The notes: generated from the sequence alone by a model not told the origin. Positions 1 to 10,770 are shown, numbered from the stretch's first letter. The stretch: DNA of 64,000 bases from Roseibacillus sp. (GCA_051251855.1 JBPOGI010000001.1:928001-992000); one strand, 5' to 3'. Program-made: numbers and translations.

Positions 1-406
1 CTTCGTTTCTAGGCGCACTCATCTCGGCATGTTGATAGGGAAGGTGAAAGAGATTGCGTGCGATCTCGACGGCGATGGGTTGGTTCGCATCCAAGGAGTA
101 GAACCAGACGCCTGGGCGGCCTTGATCATCGTAGACGTATGTTCGTAGATTGAGCTCAAGAAACGAAGAGAGGCCGGGGAAGGTGGGGAGAAAGCGGGGA
201 CGCACCTTTTTCATGAAGAAGGGGACTACTCCAAGGTAAGCATTCTCTTGGAAGGTGTCGAGATGCAGGCCGGGGGGCAAGGTGTCGACGAGTTGTTGGG
301 CGGGGACTTGCCAGTGAAGGAAGAGAAGGTCGGACCAGCGTTGATACATCACGGGTGAACCCTTAGGTCGTTGACGTGGTTCTTGGCGTTGGCTGGGGGT
401 TGGCAT
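1..406 (-). CDS. YqjF/DUF2071 family protein (runs off window start)
   Basis: Manual translation from ATG at 406: MPTPSQRQEPRQRPKGSPVMYQRWSDLLFLHWQVP...LPPGLHLDTF...YLGVVPFFM...FLELNLRTYV...PGVWFYSLDA. Not in the ORF track because it has no stop in the window. Confidence 0.85.
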   Translation of the reverse strand, partial: MPTPSQRQEPRQRPKGSPVMYQRWSDLLFLHWQVPAQQLVDTLPPGLHLDTFQENAYLGVVPFFMKKVRPRFLPTFPGLSSFLELNLRTYVYDDQGRPGVWFYSLDANQPIAVEIARNLFHLPYQHAEMSAPRNE

Positions 407-407
407 A

Positions 408-1835
408 CTACTTCAATGGATCGAAGTCTGAGTCTTCCTCCCTATTGTCATCCTCAGGAATGATGTCTTCGTTGGTTTCGTTAGGCTCGATAGGGGTCTG
501 AGAATAGAGGTCTTCTTTTTCGGGGTCAGGACCGACGAAGCCGTCATCACTCTCTGATTCGTGCTCATGGTCCTCCTCTTCGAAATCATGATAGGGGTCA
601 TGGTCCATGCCTTCATGATAGTCATCTTCGGCGTGATCCTCTTCGTCATTGTGAAGATCTTCCAACTCGGTCTCGTCGGGACGGCTAGCGGCACCGGGGG
701 CGGCTAATAAGCGGGCCATGCGTTCTTTTTCTTCGGCCGCTTCGCGAACGCGCTCCTTCTTGTCCATGAAGTAAGCGAGCCAGATGCAAATCTCGTAGAG
801 AATATACATGGGGCCGGCGAGGAGGCCGAGGGTGAGGGCGTCGGGAGTTGGGGTGATGATAGCCGCAATGACAACGATGGCGAGAACGGCGTAGGAGCGC
901 GTGGTGCGCATCATTTCGTAGGAGAGAATGCCCAGTTTGACCAAGGTCATGACTACCACGGGGAGCTCGAAAGCGAGACCAAAGATGAGCACGAACTGGG
1001 TGGCAAAGGAGATGTAGTAACCAATACGCCAGTCGTTCTGAATCCCCATATCCAGAGAGTAGCTGTAGAAGAAATCGAGGACGTTAGGGAGGATGATGAA
1101 GTAGGCGAAAAGAACGCCTGTTAGGAAAAGGAGAAAGCCGATTCCGAGCGCTGGGAAAAGTGCTCGTTGTTCCTTTTTGTGAAGCCCCGGCAGAACGAAT
1201 TGCAGCAGGAAGAACAGGAGGAGAGGGAAGGAAAGGACGAGGGCGGCGAAGAAGGCCAGCTTGACGGAAAGCATGAAGCCTTCGGTCGGGTTGAGAGATT
1301 GCATCAACACCATACGGCCTTTGGCGTTCAGCTCGGCGTTGGGATTGCCCTTGATGAGGGCCTTGAGCTGTTTGCGCTGCTCTTCGGAAACATCAGGAAT
1401 TTTAGAGACGTATTCGGCACGTTGCTTTTTATCGACGGCGAGGGCGATGCGAAAATGAAAGGCCGATTCGACATGGAAGGGGAAATTTTCGTCCTTGGAG
1501 TCGGCATATTTTTGGAAGTGCTGACGTTGGGCGGCGTTGAGTCCAATTGCGTTGTTGGAAATGCTGACCGCTCGTTCCCAAGTCTCGACAGACGGTCGCG
1601 GCTTGAGGTCTTTAAGCGCTTCGTTTTGGGTTTGGGCCCAAACTTGCTCAACGGGGTGACGAATCACGTCCATGAGCTGATTACGAAAGACGTAGCAAAG
1701 AAGCGTGGCAGCGACGAGCGTCAGAATGATCCGCGAGAGCGTGATTCGGAGGTCATCCAAATGGGAGAGGAACGGTTTTTCGGCCTCAGGATTGGATTGG
1801 TCGCGGATTTCAAAAAGCTTCTTGAGAAAAAACAT
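408..1835 (-). CDS. tatC: Sec-independent protein translocase TatC, with large loop insertion and acidic tail
   Basis: Motifs PFLSHLDDLR, PTEGF, FVLPGL, FELP and AAIITPTPD; six hydrophobic segments. Confidence 0.93.
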   Translation of the reverse strand: MFFLKKLFEIRDQSNPEAEKPFLSHLDDLRITLSRIILTLVAATLLCYVFRNQLMDVIRHPVEQVWAQTQNEALKDLKPRPSVETWERAVSISNNAIGLNAAQRQHFQKYADSKDENFPFHVESAFHFRIALAVDKKQRAEYVSKIPDVSEEQRKQLKALIKGNPNAELNAKGRMVLMQSLNPTEGFMLSVKLAFFAALVLSFPLLLFFLLQFVLPGLHKKEQRALFPALGIGFLLFLTGVLFAYFIILPNVLDFFYSYSLDMGIQNDWRIGYYISFATQFVLIFGLAFELPVVVMTLVKLGILSYEMMRTTRSYAVLAIVVIAAIITPTPDALTLGLLAGPMYILYEICIWLAYFMDKKERVREAAEEKERMARLLAAPGAASRPDETELEDLHNDEEDHAEDDYHEGMDHDPYHDFEEEDHEHESESDDGFVGPDPEKEDLYSQTPIEPNETNEDIIPEDDNREEDSDFDPLK

Positions 1836-1956
1836 AGGGTCGTGCCGCGTCGTGCAGGCGGGAACCTAAGAGAGCTTTGGCTCGCTGACCAGCGAGTTTT
1901 CCGACAGGCCTCGAAAACGTTCAGTGAGGCGAAGTGGTATCATCGAAAATAGAGGT

Positions 1957-2571
1957 CTATTCCGACTCCAGGAAGTTCTTGAGCAGTTGTAAGCCAGTGT
2001 GCTGGCTCTTTTCTGGGTGGAATTGGGTGGCAAAGAGGTTTCCTTTACGAACCGAGGAGGCAAAAGGTTGTCCGTAGTCTGTAGTCGAGGCCACGACGCT
2101 AGGGTCGGTCGGGCAAGGGAAATAGGAGTGTACGAAGTAAAAGTAGGGATCGGATTCCAATTCTTTCCAGATGGGGTCATCGGTATGAGTAGGGCAAGCT
2201 GTGTTCCAGCCCATGTGCGGCACTTTGAGGCCTTTCTCTTTAGGGAATTTTTGAACCTTGCCTTGCAGGATGCCGAGTCCGGGGGTGTCCGGGGATTCTT
2301 CGGAACCCTCGAACAAGAGTTGGTAGCCAATGCAGATGCCAAAGAAAGGGCGATCGGCTTGCAACCACTGCTTAAGGGGGTCCACAAGCCCTCGGGACTC
2401 CATGTTTCGCATAGAATCTCCGAAGGAGCCTTGGCCTGGAAAGGCGAGATGGGTCAGCCCTTCGAAATCCTCAGGACAAGCCACCGTCTTAGGGGTGGCT
2501 CCTAAGAATTGTAAGGCTCTGAGCAAGGAACGGAGGTTGCCTCCGCCGTAATCAATGACACCGAGTTCCAT
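1957..2571 (-). CDS. hisH: Imidazole glycerol phosphate synthase, glutamine amidotransferase subunit
   Basis: IDYGGGNL, PGQG, GICIG (catalytic Cys), VPHMGWN, YFVHSY, QFHPEKS. Confidence 0.97.
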   Translation of the reverse strand: MELGVIDYGGGNLRSLLRALQFLGATPKTVACPEDFEGLTHLAFPGQGSFGDSMRNMESRGLVDPLKQWLQADRPFFGICIGYQLLFEGSEESPDTPGLGILQGKVQKFPKEKGLKVPHMGWNTACPTHTDDPIWKELESDPYFYFVHSYFPCPTDPSVVASTTDYGQPFASSVRKGNLFATQFHPEKSQHTGLQLLKNFLESE

Positions 2572-2576
2572 CGTTG

Positions 2577-3164
2577 TTAGAGGACCGCTTTGGTGCTGGG
2601 AATAGCACCTTCTTGGCGAGGGTCAATGGCGACTGCGGTTCGAAGGGAACGAGCAAGCGCTTTGAAGATGGCTTCGGCAATGTGGTGTCCATCGCGGCCA
2701 GCGAGTAAGTCGACGTGGATGTTGGCTCGTAGGTTCGAAGCCACAGCACGAAAAAATTCTTCCACCAGGGTGAAAGGAAGGTTGGGTGCGGAGGCGGTGT
2801 TGGCCTCGGGATTGAAGGCGAGATAGGGCCGGTTACTTAGGTCGACCACCACGCGAGCGAGGGTCTCGTCCATGGGGACATAAGCGTGACCGTAACGTTG
2901 AATGCCAGCCTTGTTGCCTAGGGCCTCGCGAATGGCGTCGCCGAGGACAATACCAGTATCTTCCACGGTGTGGTGGGCGTCGACCTCGATGTCTCCATCC
3001 ACCGATACTGTTAGGTCGATAAGCGAGTGCTTGGAAAACAGGGTGAGCATGTGGTCGAAAAAAGGGTGACCCGTTTCGATCTTACTGACCCCAGTTCCGT
3101 CTAGATTGAGGGAAAGGTTAATTTTTGTCTCCGCTGTTTCGCGGTTGATGGTGGCTTGGCGCAT
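2577..3164 (-). CDS. hisB: Imidazoleglycerol-phosphate dehydratase
   Basis: RETAET, FFDHML, DAHHTVED, PMDE, HHIAEAIFKA, PSTK. Confidence 0.97.
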   Translation of the reverse strand: MRQATINRETAETKINLSLNLDGTGVSKIETGHPFFDHMLTLFSKHSLIDLTVSVDGDIEVDAHHTVEDTGIVLGDAIREALGNKAGIQRYGHAYVPMDETLARVVVDLSNRPYLAFNPEANTASAPNLPFTLVEEFFRAVASNLRANIHVDLLAGRDGHHIAEAIFKALARSLRTAVAIDPRQEGAIPSTKAVL

Positions 3165-4328
3165 CTATTCAGAGATATCGGATTCGTCTTGGTCTACGGC
3201 TTCTTCAGCTTCTACGGCTTCGTCTGCACCGGCCTCATCCTGACCTTCTTCCTCAGCAGGAGGAGCGTTGATGGCTGGGTCAAAGCGGTCGATGAGGACA
3301 TTGATCTGAGCTTCCGTCGCCCCTGCTGCTTCCATTGAATCGAGGATGATTTCAAGCTCTTCTTGCTTCTTTTCGCCAGCGGCAATCCATCCTTCGCGGT
3401 GGAGTTTGGCAAGGTCGCCCATATCGGCGATTTCTGCGCTGACTGCAGAAAGGCGCTCACTTTCTTTTTCGAGGTTTTGAATAGTGTCTTCGAGAGATTC
3501 GTAATTGTTCGTGTCGACGGTGAGCCATAGCTGACCTTCTTCCTTTTCTTTTTCCCAAAGTGCTTCGATGACTCTGATACGCTGTTCTTCAGCTTGAATT
3601 GCTCGCTGTCGATCGTTGGCTCCCAACTGGTCGAGCGTGACTGCCCGTCGTTCTTCCCTTTGGGCTGCGTTGTCCAATTCCCGAGAAAGGAGAGCGGCGT
3701 AGTTGGAGACAAGGTTGGACATGATAGGAAGAATTTCGCGATGAGGCCCTGTTCCAAGGTGCAACTCTTCCACCACGCTATATTGACGCAGAGCTGCGAG
3801 GTAAGACCGGCCTTCTACCAAGTTCTTAAACTTCGTTGCCTCAACGCTTGCCGCGATACCGATGGCATCCTTCTCGCGGTCTTCGGCTCTGATGAGACCT
3901 GAGGGCTCAAGAGAGGTCTTAATCCCGCCAGCGGCGATCAATTTACGTTCCTCCTCGAGTTCAGTCAGCATTTTAGAAGCCTTGATTCCTGAGCTGGTTC
4001 GCCGGTGTTCTCTTAAAAAGGCTTTCAGGGTTTTGATTCGGCTGTCGTATCCTGCGAGGTCGAGAAAGGCTGGGGCAGGCGCCAAACCAGCGATTTCCTC
4101 TTCAAAAATGGCGTCTGCTTGGTTGGTTGTTTCTACTTTGACCACGTCAGAGCGCTTCACCGTGCGTGGTTCCTTGATGGATTTGGTGACGTTTACTTCC
4201 AATTTATATTCTTCGGAGTTCTTTTCGAGAATAGTGGCGTCCAGTTTGGTGCCGTCTTTTAAGGTCAGGATATCGGCTGCCGCTGGTAAGGCGAATGCTG
4301 CGAGGAGCGAAGTAGTAAGGACTTTCAT
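3165..4328 (-). CDS. Secreted hypothetical protein, resembling the verrucomicrobial PTPDL family
   Basis: Signal peptide followed by DILTLKDG; APAPAFL segment; coiled-coil body; acidic tail; abuts the hisB start. Confidence 0.6.
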   Translation of the reverse strand: MKVLTTSLLAAFALPAAADILTLKDGTKLDATILEKNSEEYKLEVNVTKSIKEPRTVKRSDVVKVETTNQADAIFEEEIAGLAPAPAFLDLAGYDSRIKTLKAFLREHRRTSSGIKASKMLTELEEERKLIAAGGIKTSLEPSGLIRAEDREKDAIGIAASVEATKFKNLVEGRSYLAALRQYSVVEELHLGTGPHREILPIMSNLVSNYAALLSRELDNAAQREERRAVTLDQLGANDRQRAIQAEEQRIRVIEALWEKEKEEGQLWLTVDTNNYESLEDTIQNLEKESERLSAVSAEIADMGDLAKLHREGWIAAGEKKQEELEIILDSMEAAGATEAQINVLIDRFDPAINAPPAEEEGQDEAGADEAVEAEEAVDQDESDISE

Positions 4329-4501
4329 AGAAGTTGGTGTGTTTCATTGAAATGTCTGCCAAAATTGACGGCACGAAAAGAGGAAATTTGGTCGAGGAAT
4401 CAAATAGAGCCATCCGCCCAAAATTTTCCTGAGAATAGAACCCGCCAAAGTCTTGCGGTGTCTTTCGGTTCTCTTAATGATTTTCTCCTTCACCGATTTT
4501 C

Positions 4502-6481
4502 ATGAGCGCAGAAGAAGAAAAAGACCGCAGCCACGAACACACGAGTCTGGGCGACATGTATAAGGACTACTTTGTCCTCTACTCGAGCTACGTTATTCTC
4601 GAACGAGCTGTGCCCCACCTCTTGGATGGCATGAAGCCTGTGCAGCGCCGGATTCTCCATGCCATGCGGCAAATCGATGATGGACGTTATACCAAGGTGG
4701 CTAACATTGTGGGCGATACCATCAAGTATCACCCCCATGGTGACATGGCGATCAAGGATGCCATTGTGGGCTTGGGGCAAAAGGAGCTGATGATCGATAC
4801 TCAGGGTAACTGGGGCAACATCCTAACGGGTGATCCTGCCGCAGCTGCTCGATACATTGAGGCGCGCTTGACGCCATTTGCACTAGAAGTCGCCTTTAAC
4901 GCCAAGACAACTGAATGGACGCCGAGCTACGATACTCGCAACCAAGAGCCAGTGACCTTGCCCATGAAGTTTCCGCTCCTCTTGGCGCAGGGTGCGGAAG
5001 GAATCGCAGTAGGCTTGGCCTGCAAGATCTTACCTCACAATTTCATCGAGCTCCTCGATGCTTGTATTGCGACTTTGCGAAAGCAGCCTTTCGTGTTGCT
5101 TCCTGACTTTCCGACCGGAGGAGTCTTGGATGCGAGCGATTATCGAGATGGCCTCAGGGGCGGCCGCTTACGGGTGCGCGCCAAAATTGCTATCGAGAAG
5201 GCTCGTCAGTTGCGAATCACCGAGATTCCTTTTGGAACGACTACCAAAGGACTTGCGGAGTCGATCGTGGCGGCCAATGAGAAAGGAAAAATCAAGATTT
5301 CTAAGGTCGAGGACTACACTGCCGCTACGGCTGATATTGTGGTGACTTTGCCGACAGGAATTGATGCCGAGAATGCGCGCGACGCTCTTTTTGCCTTCAC
5401 TGACTGCGAAGTGTCGATCTCACCCAATGCTTGTGTGATCCGCGAAGAGAAGCCGGCCTTTATTGGAGTAAGTGAAATCCTGCGTGCTTGCGCGGGGCGG
5501 ACCAAAGATTTGTTGGAAATGGAATTGCAGATTCGTCTCGGCGAGCTGCAGGAGAAATGGCACTTCAGTTCCCTTGAGAAAATTTTCATCGAGAATCGAA
5601 TCTACCGTGATATCGAGGAATGCACCACTTGGGAGGCTGTGATCGAGGCAATTGACAAGGGCTTAGATCCCTTTAAAAAGCTTCTACGTCGAGAGGTGAC
5701 GCGAGATGATATTACTCGACTGACCGAAATTAAAATCAAGAGAATCTCCAAATACGATGCCTTCAGAGCGGATGAGGAGATCAAGGGGTTTGAGGACTCG
5801 ATAGATGAGGTCGAAAAGAACCTACGCAATCTCACTCGTTATGCGGTGCGCTATTTCGAAAACCTCAAGAAAAAGTATGGCAAGGGGCGCGAGCGTCGCA
5901 CCGAGCTGGTCGAGCTTGAAACCGTTAATCGTTCCCAAGTGGTTGCCATTACCGAGACCCTCTTTTTGGATCGTAAGAATGGTTTTGCGGGGTGGGGGTT
6001 GAAGAAAGAGGAGTCCATTGCCAAGTGCTCGCGGATGGACGACGTATTGACGATCTTGCCAGATGGGAAAATGCAGGTGAGTAAAATCACCGAGAAAGCC
6101 TTTGTTGGAAAGAGGCCGCAGCACATCGCTATCTTTCGTAAGGATGAAGAGAAGATCTATTCTATCATCTACCGCGAAGGCCGCGATGGCCCAACCCTCG
6201 CCAAGCGATTCCGCATTGGAGGAGTTACTCGTGATAAAGAATATCCTCTGGGCAAGGGCGGTCCTGGGACGCGGATTCTCTATTTTGCCGTTCATGACAA
6301 CGAAGAGGAAAGCGCGGCCAACACGGTCTTAGTGCATCTCAAAGAGCAGCTTCGCCTTCGGAATCTATCGCGGCCATTTCACTTTGGTGAGATCGCAATC
6401 AAGGGCCGAGGAGTGCGTGGAAACGTGGTGACGAAACATCAGGTAGACCGGATTGTCAGGGCCCCAAAAGAATCTGATTAA
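4502..6481 (+). CDS. parC: DNA gyrase/topoisomerase IV subunit A (short ParC-like type)
   Basis: RAVPHLLDGMKPVQRR, YHPHGD, active-site AAARY, LPDFPTGG; short C-terminal domain. Confidence 0.85.
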   Translation: MSAEEEKDRSHEHTSLGDMYKDYFVLYSSYVILERAVPHLLDGMKPVQRRILHAMRQIDDGRYTKVANIVGDTIKYHPHGDMAIKDAIVGLGQKELMIDTQGNWGNILTGDPAAAARYIEARLTPFALEVAFNAKTTEWTPSYDTRNQEPVTLPMKFPLLLAQGAEGIAVGLACKILPHNFIELLDACIATLRKQPFVLLPDFPTGGVLDASDYRDGLRGGRLRVRAKIAIEKARQLRITEIPFGTTTKGLAESIVAANEKGKIKISKVEDYTAATADIVVTLPTGIDAENARDALFAFTDCEVSISPNACVIREEKPAFIGVSEILRACAGRTKDLLEMELQIRLGELQEKWHFSSLEKIFIENRIYRDIEECTTWEAVIEAIDKGLDPFKKLLRREVTRDDITRLTEIKIKRISKYDAFRADEEIKGFEDSIDEVEKNLRNLTRYAVRYFENLKKKYGKGRERRTELVELETVNRSQVVAITETLFLDRKNGFAGWGLKKEESIAKCSRMDDVLTILPDGKMQVSKITEKAFVGKRPQHIAIFRKDEEKIYSIIYREGRDGPTLAKRFRIGGVTRDKEYPLGKGGPGTRILYFAVHDNEEESAANTVLVHLKEQLRLRNLSRPFHFGEIAIKGRGVRGNVVTKHQVDRIVRAPKESD

Positions 6482-6724
6482 TTCACTTGAACACCTGTTC
6501 GGATGTGTTAATGTCTTTCGCATGACAACATTCAAATGGAGGCTTCGTTTATGGTGGGTAAAAATGCGAGTAGGTATTCTCAAGAAGCGGTTAGTAGCGA
6601 TTCAGCGCAAGATGGCGGGGCGCGAGCGACAATTTTTGGCAACGCAACTTGACCTACCGTTGCGCGGATAGGTTCGATTCATCTGAGATACGATGACTCA
6701 ATAAGGCCGTTCCTGTCGTCCCTT

Positions 6725-9280
6725 GTGAATTTAGGGGTGGCAGGAACGTATTTGACTGTTTATAACCCTTGGAGGTTGGAACAATTCGGAGCAATTTTGA
6801 AGAAAAGCGGTCTTAAATATCGGACGTTTCAGTCGTCCATGGTCTCGATAGTGGTGGGCAGTCTCGCGACTGGGCTTTCGGGGCAATCAGTGATGCAGCA
6901 AGAGCTTGAGCGCCGTCGCGATAGTGTGATTGCGGCTGAAGAGGCGATCATGGCAGGTGACGAGGCCTACCAGAGCTCGTCTTTTCAAGATGCGGTAGTG
7001 AAGTATCGTCAGGCGTATGCGGCCATTCCTGCGGGAGATAAAACTGACAAATTTCGAGATGCGGCAAAGGAGCGCTACGCTCAGGCTGCGGTACAGGCTG
7101 CTCGGGTCATGAACCGACAGGGTGATCGTGATGGGGCGATTGCTTTGGTCGATGAGGTGCTGGGCGAGACAGGTTTCCCTGATTATTTCCCTGCGCAGAA
7201 GCTTCGTGCTCAATTGGATGACCCCATTCGGACCAATCCTGCAGCGACCAAGGAGCACGGGCAAAAAATTGATGAAGTCCGTCGTCTTCTTTATCTAGCG
7301 GAAGGTTTTTTCAATTTGGGTGATTTCGATAAATCCATTGCGACTTACCAGAAGGTCCTTCAAGTCGATCCTTATAATAAAGCTGCTCGACGTGGTATGG
7401 AGCGCGGAAATGCGAAAATTTCAGATTATGCTGATGCTGCGCGAGACCACACTCGGGCCGAACTCTTGTCGCAAGTAGGTTCCCAGTGGGAATTGAAGAA
7501 GAACGAGAAGAATCTGGTTTTGAACAATGGTGTTGTGGAGGACAGACTTCTTGAGGGAAACAGGAGTCGAATTTCTCAGAAACTAGACAGCATCGTTATC
7601 CCTTTTATTGATTTTGATGACTCTACGTTGGAGGATGCAATCGAGTTTTTGCAGGGACGGTCTCGGTCTTTGGACACCGAGATTGTTGAGGAGAATAAGG
7701 GGGTTGATTTCGTCCTCAATATGGGCCGAGGAAATTCACCTGAAATCGAGAAGATTTTATCACGAACATTTTCTCTTCAGTTGAGGAATGTGCCACTTCG
7801 TCAAGTGCTTGACCTAGTAACCCGTCAAACTGGGACCATCTTTCGGGTCGATCGTTTTGCGGTAGTCGTTCAGCCTGCTGGAGGCGCGACTGATGACTTG
7901 CTCATTCGTCGTTATAGTGTGCCGCCGAATTTTCTAAGCCAAGCGTCGTCCGGTGGCGGCGGAGATGGCTTAGATCCGTTTGCTGATTCCGATGATTCAG
8001 CTGCGAGATTGGCGCCTCGTCTATCTGCCCGACAGTTTCTTGAGCAGCAGGGTATTCCTTTTCCTGATGGCGCAAGCGCGAGCTTTAATTCTAGCAATGC
8101 CGAGTTGACTGTGAAGACGACTTCCATCGGTCACGACGATGTTCAACAACTCGTTGACGCGGAGAACATGAAGGAGCCAGTTTCGGTGATTATTGAAACG
8201 AGAATTGTCAGTATTTTAGAGGAAAACTTAGAAGAATTGGATTTTGATAGTGCCCTTCAATCTCTGGCAGATAACGGTCAATTCCGGTTTTCTGGTGGCA
8301 CTGTTGGTAATGCTAGGGAAAGTGATTTTATCGGTGGGCAGCCAGTAACGGCTGGTCTTCGTAGTGGCGATTTCTCAACAGGTATTGATCCTATAAACCA
8401 GATTTTGCAGCGTGAGAGTCGTGAAATTCCTACCATAACAACAGGTTTCGATGGCACTTCGGCATCTTCTGGCATTGCGGAGGGTAGTAGTACGCCAGCT
8501 CTAGCTTCTGCACCCGGTATCTTGTCGGTTGTTGGTCAAGCTAACGATTTAGGTGTTTCGGCGCTGATGAGGGGTTTGCAACAGAAGAAGGGAGTGAGTA
8601 TTATGTCAAAGCCTTCGGTGATTACTCGTTCTGGTCAACAGGCAACGATTGAGTCTGCTCGCGAATTTATTTATCCAACCGAGTATGAACCACCCGAAGT
8701 TCCTAATAGTATCGGAAACGTTACCCTCATCGACTTAGTCAATAATGAGACGTTTGAACCGAGCACTTTTTTTGCTACCCCGTCGCATCCCACAGCCTTC
8801 GAAACAAGGAAGATTGGCACCGTTCTAGAAGTGCAGCCCACGGTAAGTGCAGACCGAACTTATACTGACCTAGCCTTTAATTTGAGACTCGATGACTTCA
8901 TTGGCTTCATTAACTACGGTGAACCAATTCGGGGAGGAAGCACTCAAGGGGATTTCGGTTTTGACGATGACTTCAATTTCTTAGGAATTGTGACGAGTTC
9001 CCAAGAGGGTGAGGTCACTCCAAACGATATTCTTATGCCTCTTTTCACCTCAACCGGATTGAAGACGAATGTGTCAGTGGCCACGGGGTCAACACTTGTG
9101 GTTGGAGGGATCGTGAGCGAGCGGGTTGAGGATGTGCAAGATAAGGTGCCCCTTCTAGGGAGTATTCCCTTACTAGGTAAGTTGTTCACTTCAGAAGCCT
9201 TGCGTCGGGAAAAACGTTTGGTGATGGTCTTTGTGACGGTTCGTATTGTTGACCCTGCTGGGAATCCGGTTCAGAACTAA
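6725..9280 (+). CDS. Secretin-like outer membrane protein with N-terminal TPR region (Amuc_1098-like type IV pilus/T2SS secretin); true start may be 6797 or later
   Basis: TPR-like helices; secretin C-terminal motifs PSVITRSGQQA, GTVLEVQP and DKVPLLGSIPLLGKLF. Confidence 0.8.
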   Translation: MNLGVAGTYLTVYNPWRLEQFGAILKKSGLKYRTFQSSMVSIVVGSLATGLSGQSVMQQELERRRDSVIAAEEAIMAGDEAYQSSSFQDAVVKYRQAYAAIPAGDKTDKFRDAAKERYAQAAVQAARVMNRQGDRDGAIALVDEVLGETGFPDYFPAQKLRAQLDDPIRTNPAATKEHGQKIDEVRRLLYLAEGFFNLGDFDKSIATYQKVLQVDPYNKAARRGMERGNAKISDYADAARDHTRAELLSQVGSQWELKKNEKNLVLNNGVVEDRLLEGNRSRISQKLDSIVIPFIDFDDSTLEDAIEFLQGRSRSLDTEIVEENKGVDFVLNMGRGNSPEIEKILSRTFSLQLRNVPLRQVLDLVTRQTGTIFRVDRFAVVVQPAGGATDDLLIRRYSVPPNFLSQASSGGGGDGLDPFADSDDSAARLAPRLSARQFLEQQGIPFPDGASASFNSSNAELTVKTTSIGHDDVQQLVDAENMKEPVSVIIETRIVSILEENLEELDFDSALQSLADNGQFRFSGGTVGNARESDFIGGQPVTAGLRSGDFSTGIDPINQILQRESREIPTITTGFDGTSASSGIAEGSSTPALASAPGILSVVGQANDLGVSALMRGLQQKKGVSIMSKPSVITRSGQQATIESAREFIYPTEYEPPEVPNSIGNVTLIDLVNNETFEPSTFFATPSHPTAFETRKIGTVLEVQPTVSADRTYTDLAFNLRLDDFIGFINYGEPIRGGSTQGDFGFDDDFNFLGIVTSSQEGEVTPNDILMPLFTSTGLKTNVSVATGSTLVVGGIVSERVEDVQDKVPLLGSIPLLGKLFTSEALRREKRLVMVFVTVRIVDPAGNPVQN

Positions 9281-9315
9281 ATCGCTGGCCTTGTATCAGG
9301 TTGGCTCCACCAGAG

Positions 9316-10770
9316 ATGAGCGAAAAAACTTCCGACAAGAGGACCTATTCCGTCGATGAGATGATGGATAGGTTGCGTGATGGCGACCGTGAGAAGCGCG
9401 AAGAAGGAGAGTTGGTGACTCGGGAGGATGGGACTCAAGTAATGCGGGTCAAAAAACGGAAGCGCCGGAGCAAGCAAAAGAAAGAGGAGGAGGCTAAGAG
9501 ACGGAAGCAGGCGTCCCTTTTCCGAACGCTAGCACTCATTGCTATTCCCTTGGCTCTTGGTTTAGGAGCCCTCTACCTCTTGGCTAAATATAATAGCCCT
9601 AGTTTTTCGCAAGATTTGGAGGCAACGATCTGGGAGGAGACGGGTGCTCGTGCTAAAATGAGTCAACTGAGTCCGAAAGGGACTGTCGTTACTGCGAATT
9701 CAGTGCAGTTGAATTGGCCTGATGGTTCTCATCTTGACCAATTTAAGGCGAGTGGAGTTTCAGGGGATTTGAGTTTGCTTTCTTTTGCCACTGGAAAATT
9801 TCGAGGTAATGAGTTGAACTCGAAAAAGGGATTTCTTCTAACCTCGGGTCGCGGCGGTCGCAAGGTGGCTGAGCCCAAGGGTGCCGTGAAGGACCTGCCC
9901 GGATTTCAGCGTTATACGAGCGATTTCTTCTCATTCTTTTTCGGAGCGACGAACTCTCCTTTTCGTCTTGTGGGTTCTAAAGTGAAGCTGGTTTCGACAG
10001 ATTATTCCCATCTGCTTTCGCTTACTGGGGGTGATATGTTCGCAGGTTCATGGGGGGAAATACCTTTAAAGAGAGGAACCCTTGAGTTCTTGAATGATTC
10101 CATTCGGGTTGTCTCTTTGAGATTCGAAGAAGAGGAGCGCAGCCTGGTTGTTTCGGGGGACCTAGGATTGAAGGATTCCATCCACAGTCTATCTGTCGAA
10201 GTGGTCGAGGGGACTATTGGAAATGTCGCGGGTTTTGGAATCGGGAATCTCTTTCATTCTGACGTTTCAGAGGCGACTGGAACGCTAGTTTTTCGTCCTT
10301 GGGTCTTGAGTGGTCATGAGGTGACGATTGCGGCTTCGCCTGAATATCTCACTATTTCTAACTTCAATTTTTTAGACGTTTTGGAGGGGCTCTATGGGAA
10401 CGCACAATTTCAGGCGTTTGAATTTGAGGTTGAAAATGATTTTGAGGTGATTAGAGGAGCCTCGGGTGCCGAGATTCGTGGGCTTGAGCTGAACGAGCTG
10501 GGGGTGCTGGCAGTTAAAGGAACTGTAAAAGTGGTTGGTGAACAGTTGTCAGGCACTTTGCGGGTTGGATTACCTGATCATAAGCGACTCACTATTCGTA
10601 GCGATCAGCGGGAGGAGTTCTTTTCCAAAGGTCAGCTTGAAGACGGTTATTTTTGGTATGACGTTGAGTTGGGAGGCACTGTTGAGGAGCCGACTGACAA
10701 CTTTCTTCAGATTCTTCAAGGAGGAGTTCAAGAAAGTGCAGAGGACCTTTTTGATCAGTTGACGCAGTAG
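9316..10770 (+). CDS. Membrane-anchored hypothetical protein with beta-rich (AsmA-like?) extracytoplasmic domain
   Basis: Charged/basic N-terminus (KKRKRRSKQKK), single TM segment, long beta-strand-rich region. Confidence 0.65.
   Translation: MSEKTSDKRTYSVDEMMDRLRDGDREKREEGELVTREDGTQVMRVKKRKRRSKQKKEEEAKRRKQASLFRTLALIAIPLALGLGALYLLAKYNSPSFSQDLEATIWEETGARAKMSQLSPKGTVVTANSVQLNWPDGSHLDQFKASGVSGDLSLLSFATGKFRGNELNSKKGFLLTSGRGGRKVAEPKGAVKDLPGFQRYTSDFFSFFFGATNSPFRLVGSKVKLVSTDYSHLLSLTGGDMFAGSWGEIPLKRGTLEFLNDSIRVVSLRFEEEERSLVVSGDLGLKDSIHSLSVEVVEGTIGNVAGFGIGNLFHSDVSEATGTLVFRPWVLSGHEVTIAASPEYLTISNFNFLDVLEGLYGNAQFQAFEFEVENDFEVIRGASGAEIRGLELNELGVLAVKGTVKVVGEQLSGTLRVGLPDHKRLTIRSDQREEFFSKGQLEDGYFWYDVELGGTVEEPTDNFLQILQGGVQESAEDLFDQLTQ

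Noticed and set aside
1167..2505. Long opposite-strand or alternative-frame ORFs (e.g. 1167-1952, 1999-2505; also 23769-24728, 38067-38756, 50083-50733)
   Set aside because: They shadow well-supported genes and have no motifs of their own.
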